From positions 32,001-96,000 of the forward strand of contig CAWDPO010000040.1 in assembly GCA_963804165.1 (NCBI GenBank): DNA of 64,000 nt. The letters run 5' to 3'. This stretch comes from an uncultured delta proteobacterium. Lineage in GTDB: Bacteria; Desulfobacterota; Binatia; UBA9968. Both the position numbers and the translations under genes were made by a program. Numbering within the stretch: position 1 is the stretch's first letter; each line of letters begins with the position of its first letter. The notes below the pieces were generated by a model, which searched no databases, was not told where the DNA came from, and was given only the letters and a program-made list of their open reading frames with translations. Below, in pieces: positions 11,424-21,361 of this stretch.

Positions 11424-12887
11424 ATGGCTGAAACAAGATCACTGACTAAGGTTCCCGCCGGAGATATTCAACTCGTTCGCTACCTCATGAAGGCCGCGGA
11501 TGGTGACACGGCCTACCGTGATGTTTATCTGCAGCGCGCTGTTGAAAAGTTGGAGCGGTCAATCTCCAGAGCGGATTATGAGCAACTCAAAACGCACGGC
11601 GCGACGGTCGAGCAGCTCCTGCAGGAGACGCGTCGAGCGGTGTCACGGCAGAACTGGACCCGGGTGCAGGAACTGTCGACGCGAGTCTCTGCGCTGCGCA
11701 GCGGGGTTGAAGAAAGGCAATCCGACCTTCAGCTTGCCGAGGCGGTCTATGGAGCGCCGGAAGTGGTCGTGGATCCTTTTTCTCCGGGTCTTGACCTTTT
11801 GCTGGGAAGAACCGCTCAAGCCAACGCCGCGCTGCGCGACGAAGCGGTCGCCGCTCTGAGCGCATTAGAAAAAGCGGACCAAGACATGGCCTCCTTCTAT
11901 GCTGCCAGGCGCGGTCATGTCGCAAAGATAACGATAAGCGCAAGCGAGCCGTCCGCCAGCCCCTCAGCCAACGATGACGATGTCGGACGGCTGCAGCAGC
12001 GTGCCGCCGAAGCGGCCGAGAAGGGCAATGTAGATGAGCTGCAACGCATCGCACAAGAAATGCTCAAAGGTCGCCCCTCCGCAAAGTCCGCCGGTGCCGT
12101 CACCGACCAGAGGACAGCGGCTGAGCGACCAATCGCGTACCCACCTCAATTAGCCGAGCGTTTTCCCGCTGACGTGGTTGAGCGCGCACGCCGGTTCGGG
12201 CTTGCGGAGATGGATATGAAATTCCAGCTTCCCAGCCTTCCGCAGCTCGCACAAGAGACTTTCGAGCGGTATGGCTGGCGCCCATCTTTTCCGGCGGAGG
12301 TAGCGAGGGAAGGGGAACTCTATCTGCGGCCTTTACTAGAGCAGGCGAAGTTTCCCCAAGAAATCGTCGAGCCGCTGCTCGAAGCAGCCATGCTGTTTGC
12401 GCTTCATCCGTTCGTGAACAGCAGCGGCATCCGTTACTTCCCGCTGTTCCCCGATAGCGAAGCCGCGCTCGTCGAGGATTTCGCTGAAGACGCAGTGCCG
12501 CCGGAACCCTCTGAGTTGCTGCGCGCCCTCGGGCTTACGCGCCGTACTGGACTGTCGCGCGCCGAGATCGAAGTCCGCCTGGGACGGAACGGAGCAAAGC
12601 TGCTCAAAGAGGGGCTTGGCGTCGATCCGACGAAGTTCCGCCTCGTCTGTATCCCCTATGATGTTTATGCGCGTGCTGGGCAGGAGCGCCAATGGGGCCG
12701 GCAGCCAAGATGGACTCACGTGGATGGTTACCAACTTTTGAAAGGAGGGAGAATGCGGGCGCTGGTTGCCGGCGATGTCCGCTTTGGCGGTCTTTACGAC
12801 CTGTGCAGCATCAGTCAGTTCGACGGACGTGAAAACGTCTTGGCGCGCTTCGCGATTGTCCATCGCGAAAGGCTGATGGTGCGCTAA
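11424..12887 (+). CDS. Hypothetical protein, ~487 aa (helical N-half, globular C-domain)
   Basis: Long ORF with AAGG RBS between xfp and ackA; no family motif recognised. Confidence 0.8.
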   Translation: MAETRSLTKVPAGDIQLVRYLMKAADGDTAYRDVYLQRAVEKLERSISRADYEQLKTHGATVEQLLQETRRAVSRQNWTRVQELSTRVSALRSGVEERQSDLQLAEAVYGAPEVVVDPFSPGLDLLLGRTAQANAALRDEAVAALSALEKADQDMASFYAARRGHVAKITISASEPSASPSANDDDVGRLQQRAAEAAEKGNVDELQRIAQEMLKGRPSAKSAGAVTDQRTAAERPIAYPPQLAERFPADVVERARRFGLAEMDMKFQLPSLPQLAQETFERYGWRPSFPAEVAREGELYLRPLLEQAKFPQEIVEPLLEAAMLFALHPFVNSSGIRYFPLFPDSEAALVEDFAEDAVPPEPSELLRALGLTRRTGLSRAEIEVRLGRNGAKLLKEGLGVDPTKFRLVCIPYDVYARAGQERQWGRQPRWTHVDGYQLLKGGRMRALVAGDVRFGGLYDLCSISQFDGRENVLARFAIVHRERLMVR

Positions 12888-12906
12888 GCGCGGTGCGGCG
12901 GGAGTC

Positions 12907-14091
12907 ATGTCCGACGCGTTGCTCGTTCTGAATGCAGGTTCATCAAGCCTCAAATTTTCCGTCTTCCTCAATCAAGACCTACCGCAGCCGGTTGTGCGCG
13001 GCCAAATCGAGGGGCTGACCGGTCAGCCGCGGTTCGTTGCGCGCAATGACAGCGCTGTTATCTCACAAAAAGAATGGCCGCCGGAAACACAGCTCGGGCA
13101 CAGCGGCGCCATCGAGTTCCTTTTCACTTGGGGTCGCGGAGGTGCGCTAAGCGGACACCGCATCATCGCGGTGGGTCATCGCGTCGTCCACGGCGGAACA
13201 AAGTTCCATGCGCCCGTCCTCGTCAACCCGGAAACGTTGGCCGAGCTGGAAACTCTTAACCCGCTCGCTCCTTTGCACCAGCCGCACAATGTGGCTGCGA
13301 TTAGAGCGGTGGCGTTGATGGCGCCGAACCTGCCCCAAGTGGCCTGCTTCGATACCGCATTTCACCGCACCCAACCGGCGGTGGCGCAGGCTTTCGCGTT
13401 GCCGCGGCGCTATGCGGCAGAAGGGGTGCGGCGCTACGGATTTCACGGTCTGTCTTATGAATACATCGCCTCGGTGCTGCCAACGATCGACCGCCGCGGG
13501 GCTGAGGGCCGCACCGTCGTGGCGCATCTCGGCAACGGCGCGAGCATGTGCGCGCTGAGCGGCGGTCGGAGCGTCGCTACGACCATGAGCTTCACGGCGC
13601 TCGACGGGCTGGTGATGGGCACACGCTGCGGCGCCATCGACGCCGGCGTGCTGCTTTACCTGATCGATCGGCACGGTATGGACCCCCGCTCCCTGCAGGA
13701 ACTGCTTTACGAAGAATCGGGGTTGCTCGGAGTCTCAGGAATTTCCAGCGATATGCGCACGCTGCTGGCGAGTTCAGAGCCGACTGCCGCCGAGGCGATC
13801 GAACTATTCGTCTACCGCATCAAACGGGAGCTCGGCTCGCTCGCGGCAACTCTCGCCGGGCTCGACACAGTGGTGTTCACGGGTGGCGTCGGCGAAAACG
13901 CGGCTTCCATCCGTGCCCGCGTATGCGAGGACGCGAGTTGGCTTGGACTGGAACTCGATGAGGGCGCCAACGCATCGGGCGGTCCGTGCATCAGCCGCAA
14001 GGGAAGCCGCGTCTCGGCATGGGTGATACCTACGAATGAGGAATTAATGATTGCGCTGCATACGCGGCGCCTGCTCGGCTCGAGGATTTGA
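12907..14091 (+). CDS. ackA: Acetate/propionate kinase
   Basis: 'LNAGSSSLK', 'GHRVVHGG', 'LAPLHQP', 'RRYGFHG', 'FTGGVGEN', 'PTNEE'. Confidence 0.95.
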   Translation: MSDALLVLNAGSSSLKFSVFLNQDLPQPVVRGQIEGLTGQPRFVARNDSAVISQKEWPPETQLGHSGAIEFLFTWGRGGALSGHRIIAVGHRVVHGGTKFHAPVLVNPETLAELETLNPLAPLHQPHNVAAIRAVALMAPNLPQVACFDTAFHRTQPAVAQAFALPRRYAAEGVRRYGFHGLSYEYIASVLPTIDRRGAEGRTVVAHLGNGASMCALSGGRSVATTMSFTALDGLVMGTRCGAIDAGVLLYLIDRHGMDPRSLQELLYEESGLLGVSGISSDMRTLLASSEPTAAEAIELFVYRIKRELGSLAATLAGLDTVVFTGGVGENAASIRARVCEDASWLGLELDEGANASGGPCISRKGSRVSAWVIPTNEELMIALHTRRLLGSRI

Positions 14092-14128
14092 AACGATCGG
14101 GGCGCCGCGGCCACAGGATACCGAAACG

Positions 14129-16195
14129 ATGAATAACAAAATCGATGAATTGTGTGTTAACACCATCCGCACGCTGGCGATGGATGCGGTGCAGCAGGCC
14201 AACTCCGGCCATCCCGGGACGCCCATGGCGCTGGCACCAGTGGTCTATTGTCTGTGGCAGCGGGTTTTGCGCTTCGATCCGAACCATCCGATTTGGCCCA
14301 ACCGAGATCGATTTGTCTTGTCCGTTGGCCATGCATCCATGCTGCTGTACGCGATGCTTCACCTGACGGGTGTCAAAGCGGTTAACCCGAAGTACGAAAC
14401 GCTGGGGCATCTGTCGGTGGAGCTGGACGACATCAAGCGTTTTCGCCAGCTCGAAAGCAAATGCCCCGGGCATCCCGAATACCGATGGACGTCGGGTGTC
14501 GAGACCACCACGGGTCCCTTGGGACAGGGCGCGGCGACGAGCGTCGGCATGGCCATCGCCGAGCGCTGGCTGGCGAGCTATTTCAATCGGCCGGGATTCG
14601 AGCTGTTCGATTATGACGTTTACGCGTTGTGCGGCGACGGCTGCATGATGGAAGGAATCTCCGGCGAAGCCGCTTCGTTGGCCGGTCACCTGAAGCTCAG
14701 CAAACTCTGTTGGATCTACGACAACAACCACATCACCATCGAGGGAAACACGGCTTTGGCGTACAGCGATGACGTGGCGACGCGCTTCATCGGTTACGGC
14801 TGGAACGTCATGCGGGTGGGCGATGCCAACGATCTGGAGATGCTCGAGCGCGCTTTTAAGACGTTCAAAAATACCACGGACCGGCCGACGCTCATCATTG
14901 TCGATAGCCACATCGCATACGGCGCTCCCAACAAACAAGACACCAGCGCCGCCCACGGCGAACCCTTGGGCAAGGAAGAAATCAAGCTGGCGAAGCGCAA
15001 TTACGGCTGGCCGGAGGATGCGCAATTCCTCGTGCCCGACGATGTCCGCGCGCATTTCCGAGCCGGGATCGGCGCGCGCGGCCAGGTACTGCACGAGGCC
15101 TGGTGGAGTAAATTCGAAGCGTACAAGCGCGAGTATCCAGAGCTCGCCGATCATGGCTATCGCATGCTGCGCCGCGAGCTGCCGGAAGGCTGGGAAAGCG
15201 AGTTGCTCGTCTTTCCCCCCGACAGCAAGGGGATGGCAACCCGGGATGCGTCAGGCCTAGCGTTGAATGCAATTGCCCGGAAGGTGCCGTGGCTGCTTGG
15301 CGGCTCGGCTGATCTCGGCCCTTCGTGCAAAACTCGGCTGACCTTTTCGGGTGCCGGAGATTTTAACGCCGAGAATCCTGCAGGACGAAACTTCCACTTT
15401 GGGATCCGGGAGCACGCCATGGGCGCTGTTCTCAATGGTTTGTCCCTGTCGAAGATTAGACCCTTTGGATCGGGCTTCTTGGTTTTCAGTGACTATGGTC
15501 GCGCGGCGATCCGGTTGAGCGCCTTGATGGAAATTCCCGTGATTCACATCTTCACTCACGATTCCATCGGCGTGGGAGAAGACGGGCCGACGCATCAACC
15601 GGTAGAACATTTAACCTCGCTGCGCGCTATTCCCGGCTTGATCATTTTGCGGCCGGCGGATGCCAACGAGACCGTGGAAGCCTGGCGCGTGATCATGCAG
15701 TTCCGCCATGAGCCGGTGGCGCTGATTTTGACGCGGCAGGCGTTGCCGATTTTGGACCGTAACAAATACGCCGCCGCGCAAGGTGTCCGGCGCGGCGCGT
15801 ACGTTCTTGCGGATGCCGACGACGGCAAACCCGAAGTGCTGTTGCTTGCCAGCGGGAGTGAGGTGTCGCTCTGCATCCTTGCCTACGAAAAGCTCACAGC
15901 GGAGAACATCAGAGCGCGGGTCGTCAGCATGCCGTCCTGGGAAATTTTCGAAGAGTATTGCCACGAGCATCCCGAGTATCGGGAGCAAGTTTTGCCCGAG
16001 TCGGTGAACGCGCGGGTGTCTGTGGAGAAAGCATCGACCCTGGGTTGGGCGCGTTATGTCGGCCGGCTTGGCCAGAGCATCGGCATGGAGACATTCGGAG
16101 CGTCAGCGCCGCTGAAAGAATTGCAGAAGAGGTTCGGCTTTACGCCCGAGAACGTCATGCAGGCCGCCAAAGAACAGATCGCCAAAGCGAGGTGA
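14129..16195 (+). CDS. tkt: Transketolase
   Basis: 'DAVQQANSGHPG', 'TTGPLGQG', 'GDGCMMEG', 'THDSIGVGEDGPTHQ'; start taken at ATG 14129. Confidence 0.97.
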   Translation: MNNKIDELCVNTIRTLAMDAVQQANSGHPGTPMALAPVVYCLWQRVLRFDPNHPIWPNRDRFVLSVGHASMLLYAMLHLTGVKAVNPKYETLGHLSVELDDIKRFRQLESKCPGHPEYRWTSGVETTTGPLGQGAATSVGMAIAERWLASYFNRPGFELFDYDVYALCGDGCMMEGISGEAASLAGHLKLSKLCWIYDNNHITIEGNTALAYSDDVATRFIGYGWNVMRVGDANDLEMLERAFKTFKNTTDRPTLIIVDSHIAYGAPNKQDTSAAHGEPLGKEEIKLAKRNYGWPEDAQFLVPDDVRAHFRAGIGARGQVLHEAWWSKFEAYKREYPELADHGYRMLRRELPEGWESELLVFPPDSKGMATRDASGLALNAIARKVPWLLGGSADLGPSCKTRLTFSGAGDFNAENPAGRNFHFGIREHAMGAVLNGLSLSKIRPFGSGFLVFSDYGRAAIRLSALMEIPVIHIFTHDSIGVGEDGPTHQPVEHLTSLRAIPGLIILRPADANETVEAWRVIMQFRHEPVALILTRQALPILDRNKYAAAQGVRRGAYVLADADDGKPEVLLLASGSEVSLCILAYEKLTAENIRARVVSMPSWEIFEEYCHEHPEYREQVLPESVNARVSVEKASTLGWARYVGRLGQSIGMETFGASAPLKELQKRFGFTPENVMQAAKEQIAKAR

Positions 16196-16198
16196 AGT

Positions 16199-16510
16199 AT
16201 GCGCATTGCGATCGGCTCAGATCACGCGGTATTTGATTTGAAGGAAGAGGTGAAAGCCTTTTTGCTCGAAGAGAACCATGAAGTCCTTGACGTCGGCACC
16301 TACAGCAAGGCTCCCGTCGATTATCCCGACTATGCCGAAGCCGTTGCCACAGCCCTGCGCGAAAACCGCGCGGAGCGCGGCATCATTCTTTGCGGCAGCG
16401 GCGTGGGCGCGTCGATGGCGGCGAATCGGATTCCCGGTATTCGCGCCGGTCTCTGCCATGACACCTACTCCGCGCACCAGGGTGTGGAGCATGACGACAT
16501 GAACGTGCTC
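16199..16510 (+). pseudogene. rpiB: Ribose-5-phosphate isomerase B, C-terminally truncated and fused in frame to a tal/pgi relic
   Basis: '[28 protein letters not shown]'; RpiB similarity then stops and the usual C-terminal helices are absent. Confidence 0.8.
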
Positions 16511-16534
16511 ATGGTCCACGGGGATCAGAACGCT

Positions 16535-16789
16535 GGCGGCTTATCCAAGGCGCACCGAAACCGTCTCGACGCGGACGATTATTTTGCGCTGCTCGCTTAC
16601 GTGGAGATGAATGGTGCGCATGAGCGCGTGTTGCAGTCGATGCGCCACAGCGTGCGCGATGCCCAAGCCCGAGGAGATTTTTAGGTTCTCTTGGAGCGCG
16701 AGCGCCGCGCTTTGCGCGCTCATTTCGGCGCAGATGTCGCTGCCGGGCTCAAGACATTGCAAGCAACCATCATGGCGGCGTTGGAATAA
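16535..16789 (+). pseudogene. C-terminal relic of bifunctional transaldolase/phosphoglucose isomerase
   Basis: '[29 protein letters not shown]' joined to 'QARGDF*VLLERERRALRAHFGADVAAGL'; in-frame TAG at 16682-16684. Confidence 0.7.
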
Positions 16790-16803
16790 TGGAGTACTGG
16801 AAC

Positions 16804-16943
16804 GGTTCCGAAAAACATACCAGTTTGTGCTGTACTCCAGGGCTCCGTGAACGGACCCAACGTAGGTGTTCTCGTTAGGTACAAGGGCGTGGAATCGGTT
16901 CAGTCATCGATATCCTGCTGTCAGTGGAAGAAGTAGAAGTCGA
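16804..16943 (+). repeat. Degenerate partial copy of the mlaD 5' region (163-304)
   Basis: Shared blocks 'ggttccgaaaa..catac', 'agggctc.gtgaacgg', 'gtacaagggcgtggaa', 'cgatatcctgctg', 'aagtagaagtcga', with indels. Confidence 0.85.
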
Positions 16944-17050
16944 AACGTGTCTAGCTGTGTCGCAGGATCCGAAATTCGAACCAATTCCAAGTTAGCAAAA
17001 ATAACAAGCATACTAACCCACCGCCGTGTGGAGCAGAGGACGAGACAGTA

Positions 17051-18616
17051 ATGAGCCGACACGCTGAATCCCCTGATGTGGCGCCCTTCCCCGAAGGTTA
17101 CCGCGCCTCGGGTTTGCTTCTGCACGTTACGTCGTTGCCGTCACCGTACGGGATTGGCGACGTGGGACCGGGTGCGGTCAAGTGGATCGATAAACTTTCT
17201 GAAGCAGGACAAAGCTGGTGGCAGGCGTTGCCGCTCGGGCCGACCGGGTACGGCGATTCTCCGTATCAGTCGTTATCGTCTTTCGCCGGCAATGGACTCC
17301 TGATCAGCCCCGACTGGCTCATCGAAGAGGAACTCCTGGAGGAAAGCGAATGCGCGCCGCCTTTGTTTCCTCCGGCGGCGGTGGATTATCCGGCGGTGAT
17401 CACGTTCAAGCGCCGATTGCTCGAGAGGGCCTGGGTCAATTTCCAGATTGTCCGCCGTTCGGATCTGCGCGTGGCCTTTGAACAATTCTGTCACGAGCAG
17501 GCGCATTGGCTTGAAGATTATGCGCTCTTTCGAGCCTTGAAAGAGAAGCATAACGGCGCCTGGTACGTGGATTGGCCGGCCGATCTGGTGCGGCGCGAGC
17601 CCGCAGCTTTGGACCGCGCGAGGCGCGAGCTGACGAGCGAAATCCAGCAGGTTTGCTTCGCTCAATTCCTACTGTTCCGTCAGGGCGAACGCCTCATGCG
17701 GCACGGTCGGGCAAGAGGTGTGCGTCTGATCGGCGACCTCCCTTTTTTCGTTTCTCCCGACTCCAGCGACGTCTGGGCCAACCCCGAGCTCTTCCTGCTC
17801 GACGAATATCGCCGTCCGACTTTTGTCGCGGGCGTGCCGCCTGATTACTTCAGCTCGCAGGGACAGCTTTGGGGGAACCCCGTCTACAACTGGGAAGTCT
17901 TGCGGCAGAGCGGCTATCGCTGGTGCATCGATCGCCTGCGTGCGCTTCTCGCTTTTGTCGATGTCATTCGTCTGGATCATTTTCGCGGGTTCGCAGCGGC
18001 GTGGCATGTGCCGGCCGGAGCAGCAACCGCCAAGACAGGTGAGTGGGTGCCGGGCCCCGGCGCGGATTTTTTTCATGCGGTAAAAAAAGAACTGGGCGGA
18101 CTACCATTTATCGCCGAGGATCTCGGTATCATCACACCGGACGTTTCCAAGCTCCGCGATGATTTCGAGATCCCCGGTACTCGCGTGCTTCAATTTGCTT
18201 TTGACGGTCACCCCGATAATCCATATCTTCCCGAAAATTTCATCCCGAACACAGTCGTCTACACCGGCACGCACGACAACCCCACGAGCCGGGAATGGTA
18301 CGAAGCGCTGCCCGAAGTCGAACGAAACAACCTGTGGCGTTATCTAAAGTCGCCGGAGCGTGAAGGCGCAAAGGTTTCATGGGAATTGCTGCGCGTCGCA
18401 TGGTCGTCGCTAGCTGCGATCGCCATCGCTCCTTTACAAGATTTGCTCAACCTCGGGGCCGAGGCGCGGATGAACATCCCCGGCCGCGCGGACGGCAACT
18501 GGAGGTGGCGGTGTACCGAAGAGATGTTGTCGGCTGCGAACTTTTACTCGCTGCGCGAGCTCACAAGAAGCTCAAAGCGCATAGGCATGCCGCAAATTCA
18601 TGACGAGCGAAAATAG
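17051..18616 (+). CDS. malQ: 4-alpha-glucanotransferase (amylomaltase)
   Basis: 'GLLLHVTSLP', 'GVPPDYFS..GQLWGNP', 'RLDHFRGF', 'AEDLG', 'YTGTHDN'. Confidence 0.97.
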   Translation: MSRHAESPDVAPFPEGYRASGLLLHVTSLPSPYGIGDVGPGAVKWIDKLSEAGQSWWQALPLGPTGYGDSPYQSLSSFAGNGLLISPDWLIEEELLEESECAPPLFPPAAVDYPAVITFKRRLLERAWVNFQIVRRSDLRVAFEQFCHEQAHWLEDYALFRALKEKHNGAWYVDWPADLVRREPAALDRARRELTSEIQQVCFAQFLLFRQGERLMRHGRARGVRLIGDLPFFVSPDSSDVWANPELFLLDEYRRPTFVAGVPPDYFSSQGQLWGNPVYNWEVLRQSGYRWCIDRLRALLAFVDVIRLDHFRGFAAAWHVPAGAATAKTGEWVPGPGADFFHAVKKELGGLPFIAEDLGIITPDVSKLRDDFEIPGTRVLQFAFDGHPDNPYLPENFIPNTVVYTGTHDNPTSREWYEALPEVERNNLWRYLKSPEREGAKVSWELLRVAWSSLAAIAIAPLQDLLNLGAEARMNIPGRADGNWRWRCTEEMLSAANFYSLRELTRSSKRIGMPQIHDERK

Positions 18617-18629
18617 CGGAGGCCGCGTC

Positions 18630-19352
18630 ATGATCCCGAGCCCAATTGTTTTTTTAGTTGACGTTGACAATACGCTGCTGGATAACGACCGCGTCCAGAA
18701 CGACATCAAACGTTACCTCGATCGTGAGTTCGGAGTTGCCAGTCGTGAGCGGTACTGGGCGATTCTCGAACAACTGTTCACGGAGCTAGGCTACCGCGAT
18801 TATCTCGGCGCGCTGCAGCGTTTTCGCGTTGAGCACCCTCGAGATATTCACCTGCTGTCGATGTCGTCGTTTTTAGTCGACTACCCTTTCGCCAATCGCC
18901 TGTATCCCGGATCGCTCGACGTCCTTGAGCGGTTCCGCTCGTGGGGGCAGACGGTCATCCTTTCGGACGGCGACGTGGTTTTTCAACCGCGTAAAGTCGA
19001 ACGCTCGGGCATCTCTGAAGCTGTGGAAGGCAACGTGCTCATCTACATTCACAAAGAAGAGGCGCTGGATGACGTCGAGCGCCGTTACCCCGCTGAGCAC
19101 TATGTTCTCGTGGACGATAAGCTGCGCATCTTGACTGCGGTCAAGAGGGCATGGAGGTCGCGTGTAACCACGGTATTTGCATGTCAGGGCCAATATGCCC
19201 ATGACCGAAATACGATTGTCGCCTGCCCACCGGCGGACTTAACGGTAGAGCGCATCGGCGATTTACTTAGCTATGACATATCCGCTCTACTCGCGGGTCA
19301 ATCGCAAGTGTCTCAGGAGGTAACAGATGAAAGCAACCCAACTGCTTCATAA
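18630..19352 (+). CDS. HAD-family hydrolase
   Basis: Motif I 'DVDNTLLD', 'LSDGD', 'VDDK'; GGAGG RBS before ATG 18630. Confidence 0.85.
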   Translation: MIPSPIVFLVDVDNTLLDNDRVQNDIKRYLDREFGVASRERYWAILEQLFTELGYRDYLGALQRFRVEHPRDIHLLSMSSFLVDYPFANRLYPGSLDVLERFRSWGQTVILSDGDVVFQPRKVERSGISEAVEGNVLIYIHKEEALDDVERRYPAEHYVLVDDKLRILTAVKRAWRSRVTTVFACQGQYAHDRNTIVACPPADLTVERIGDLLSYDISALLAGQSQVSQEVTDESNPTAS

Positions 19353-19688
19353 CCTGGGCCAGAGTCTCTGGCTCGATAACACTACACGTGATTTGGTCAA
19401 TAGCGGCACGCTCAAGCGTTATGTTGATGAGCTGTCGGTGACCGGGCTCACTTCGAATCCCACGAGCTCTGAACGATGTCCGAGGCAACGCGAAATCACT
19501 GACATCATGTCAGCCGATGGTGGAGATTGCGACACGGTATTGGATCAATTCGCGACGGCCGGCATTGACGTCTATATGAGTTGGCCGCAAAGCTGCAGGA
19601 CGAAGGCGCCAAATTGTTCGTCAATTCGTGGAACGAACTGATGGATGTGATCGCCTCAAAGACCTCCAAGCTCGCGAAAGCGAGTTGA
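19327..19688 (+). pseudogene. tal: Transaldolase, internally deleted and frameshifted
   Basis: N-terminus 'GQSLWLDNTTR..GLTSNPT' joined almost directly to C-terminal 'AGIDV/ELAAKLQDEGAKLFVNSWNELM'; catalytic core missing. Confidence 0.85.
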
Positions 19689-19717
19689 TGGGATGCTAGT
19701 GACTTAAGGAGCAGAAA

Positions 19718-21361
19718 ATGGCAAAACCAACGATACCGCTCTCGCACCGCCCGGCGTGGAATGACCTCGCGGCGCATTATCAAAAAGTGCGCGACCAGCA
19801 TTTGCGAAAGCTCTTCGCCGATGATGCTAAACGCGGCGAACGTATGACGGCCGAGGCGGTCGGCCTGTACCTGGATTACTCGAAGAATCGCATCACAGAC
19901 GAAACCCTCCAGCTCCTCCTGCGACTCGCGAATGAATCTGGCCTGCGCGCGCGCATCGATGCCATGTTCCGCGGGGAAAAGATCAACATCACCGAGAACA
20001 GAGCCGTTTTGCATGTGGCTTTGCGCGCGCCGCGGGGCGCATCAATCGTTGTTGATGGCGAGAACGTCGTGCCCCGGGTCCACGCTGTGCTCGACAAGAT
20101 GGCGGACTTCTCCAAGCGCGTGCGCAGCGGCGCATGGAAAGGGCAGACCGGAAAACCGATTCGCAACGTCGTCAATATCGGCATCGGTGGCTCCGACCTG
20201 GGCCCGGTGATGGCCTACGAAGCGCTGAAGTATTACAGCCAACGGGCCCTGACCTTTCGCTTCGTATCCAACGTTGACGGGACAGACTTTGCGGAAGCGG
20301 TCCGTGATCTCGATGCGGCAGAGACGCTCTTCATTATCTCCTCGAAGACTTTTACGACCCTGGAGACAATGACGAACGCCCACACGGCGCGCGACTGGTC
20401 GCTCCGTGCTTTGGGCAGCGACCCAAAATCGGTGGCCAAGCATTTCGTCGCAGTATCGACCAACGCCGAAGAGGTCGCCGGGTTCGGCATCGATACCGCG
20501 AACATGTTCGAGTTTTGGGACTGGGTTGGCGGCCGCTATTCCATGGAGTCAGCGATCGGCTTGTCCACGATGATCGCTATTGGTCCGCAACATTTTCGCG
20601 ACATGTTGGACGGCTTCCATCAGATGGACGAACACTTCCGGACTGCGCCCTTCGAGCGCAACTTGCCGGTGCTCATGGGGCTCTTAGCAGTGTGGAACAA
20701 CGATTTCCTCGGCGCGGAAACCATGGCGGTCCTACCCTACGACCAGTACCTGAAGCGCTTCCCGGCCTATCTCCAGCAATTAACGATGGAGAGCAACGGT
20801 AAGCGGGTGACGATCGACGGCGATGACGTCCGGTGCGCTACCAGTCCCGTCTATTGGGGCGAACCCGGAACCAACGGCCAGCATTCCTTTTATCAGCTGA
20901 TTCATCAGGGCACGAGATTGATTCCGTGCGATTTTATCGCGTTCACCAAAACACTCAAGCCGCTCGGCCGCCACCACGATATCCTGATCGCCAATGTGTT
21001 TGCTCAAACCGAAGCGCTCGCATTCGGGAAAATCGCCGAGGAGGTCAAAGCTGAAGGCACGCCGGAGTGGCTCGTGCCCCATCGAGTTTTCGAAGGGAAC
21101 CGTCCATCGAATACCATTTTGGCCGATCGTCTCACTCCCGAGAGCCTCGGCAGGCTCGTGGCTCTGTACGAACACTCCGTGTTTACGCAAGGGGTGATCT
21201 GGAACATCAACTCCTTTGACCAGTGGGGCGTCGAGCTGGGAAAAGTCTTGGCTCAGCGCATTATCCCGGAGCTCGAGAGCAAGGCCGAGCCGGCTCTGAA
21301 CCACGACAGTTCGACAAACACTCTAATCCGGCGTTACCGAAGATTTAAGGAGGGGTCATGA
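19718..21361 (+). CDS. pgi: Glucose-6-phosphate isomerase
   Basis: 'GIGGSDLGP', 'SKTFTT.ET', 'DWVGGRYS', 'MESNGK', '[10 protein letters not shown]'. Confidence 0.97.
   Translation: MAKPTIPLSHRPAWNDLAAHYQKVRDQHLRKLFADDAKRGERMTAEAVGLYLDYSKNRITDETLQLLLRLANESGLRARIDAMFRGEKINITENRAVLHVALRAPRGASIVVDGENVVPRVHAVLDKMADFSKRVRSGAWKGQTGKPIRNVVNIGIGGSDLGPVMAYEALKYYSQRALTFRFVSNVDGTDFAEAVRDLDAAETLFIISSKTFTTLETMTNAHTARDWSLRALGSDPKSVAKHFVAVSTNAEEVAGFGIDTANMFEFWDWVGGRYSMESAIGLSTMIAIGPQHFRDMLDGFHQMDEHFRTAPFERNLPVLMGLLAVWNNDFLGAETMAVLPYDQYLKRFPAYLQQLTMESNGKRVTIDGDDVRCATSPVYWGEPGTNGQHSFYQLIHQGTRLIPCDFIAFTKTLKPLGRHHDILIANVFAQTEALAFGKIAEEVKAEGTPEWLVPHRVFEGNRPSNTILADRLTPESLGRLVALYEHSVFTQGVIWNINSFDQWGVELGKVLAQRIIPELESKAEPALNHDSSTNTLIRRYRRFKEGS

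Noticed and set aside
7001-15154. Long antisense or alternate-frame ORFs (e.g. 7001-7843-, 10481-11290+, 14030-15154-)
   Set aside because: Shadow ORFs of GC-rich genes that have clear family motifs in the other frame.
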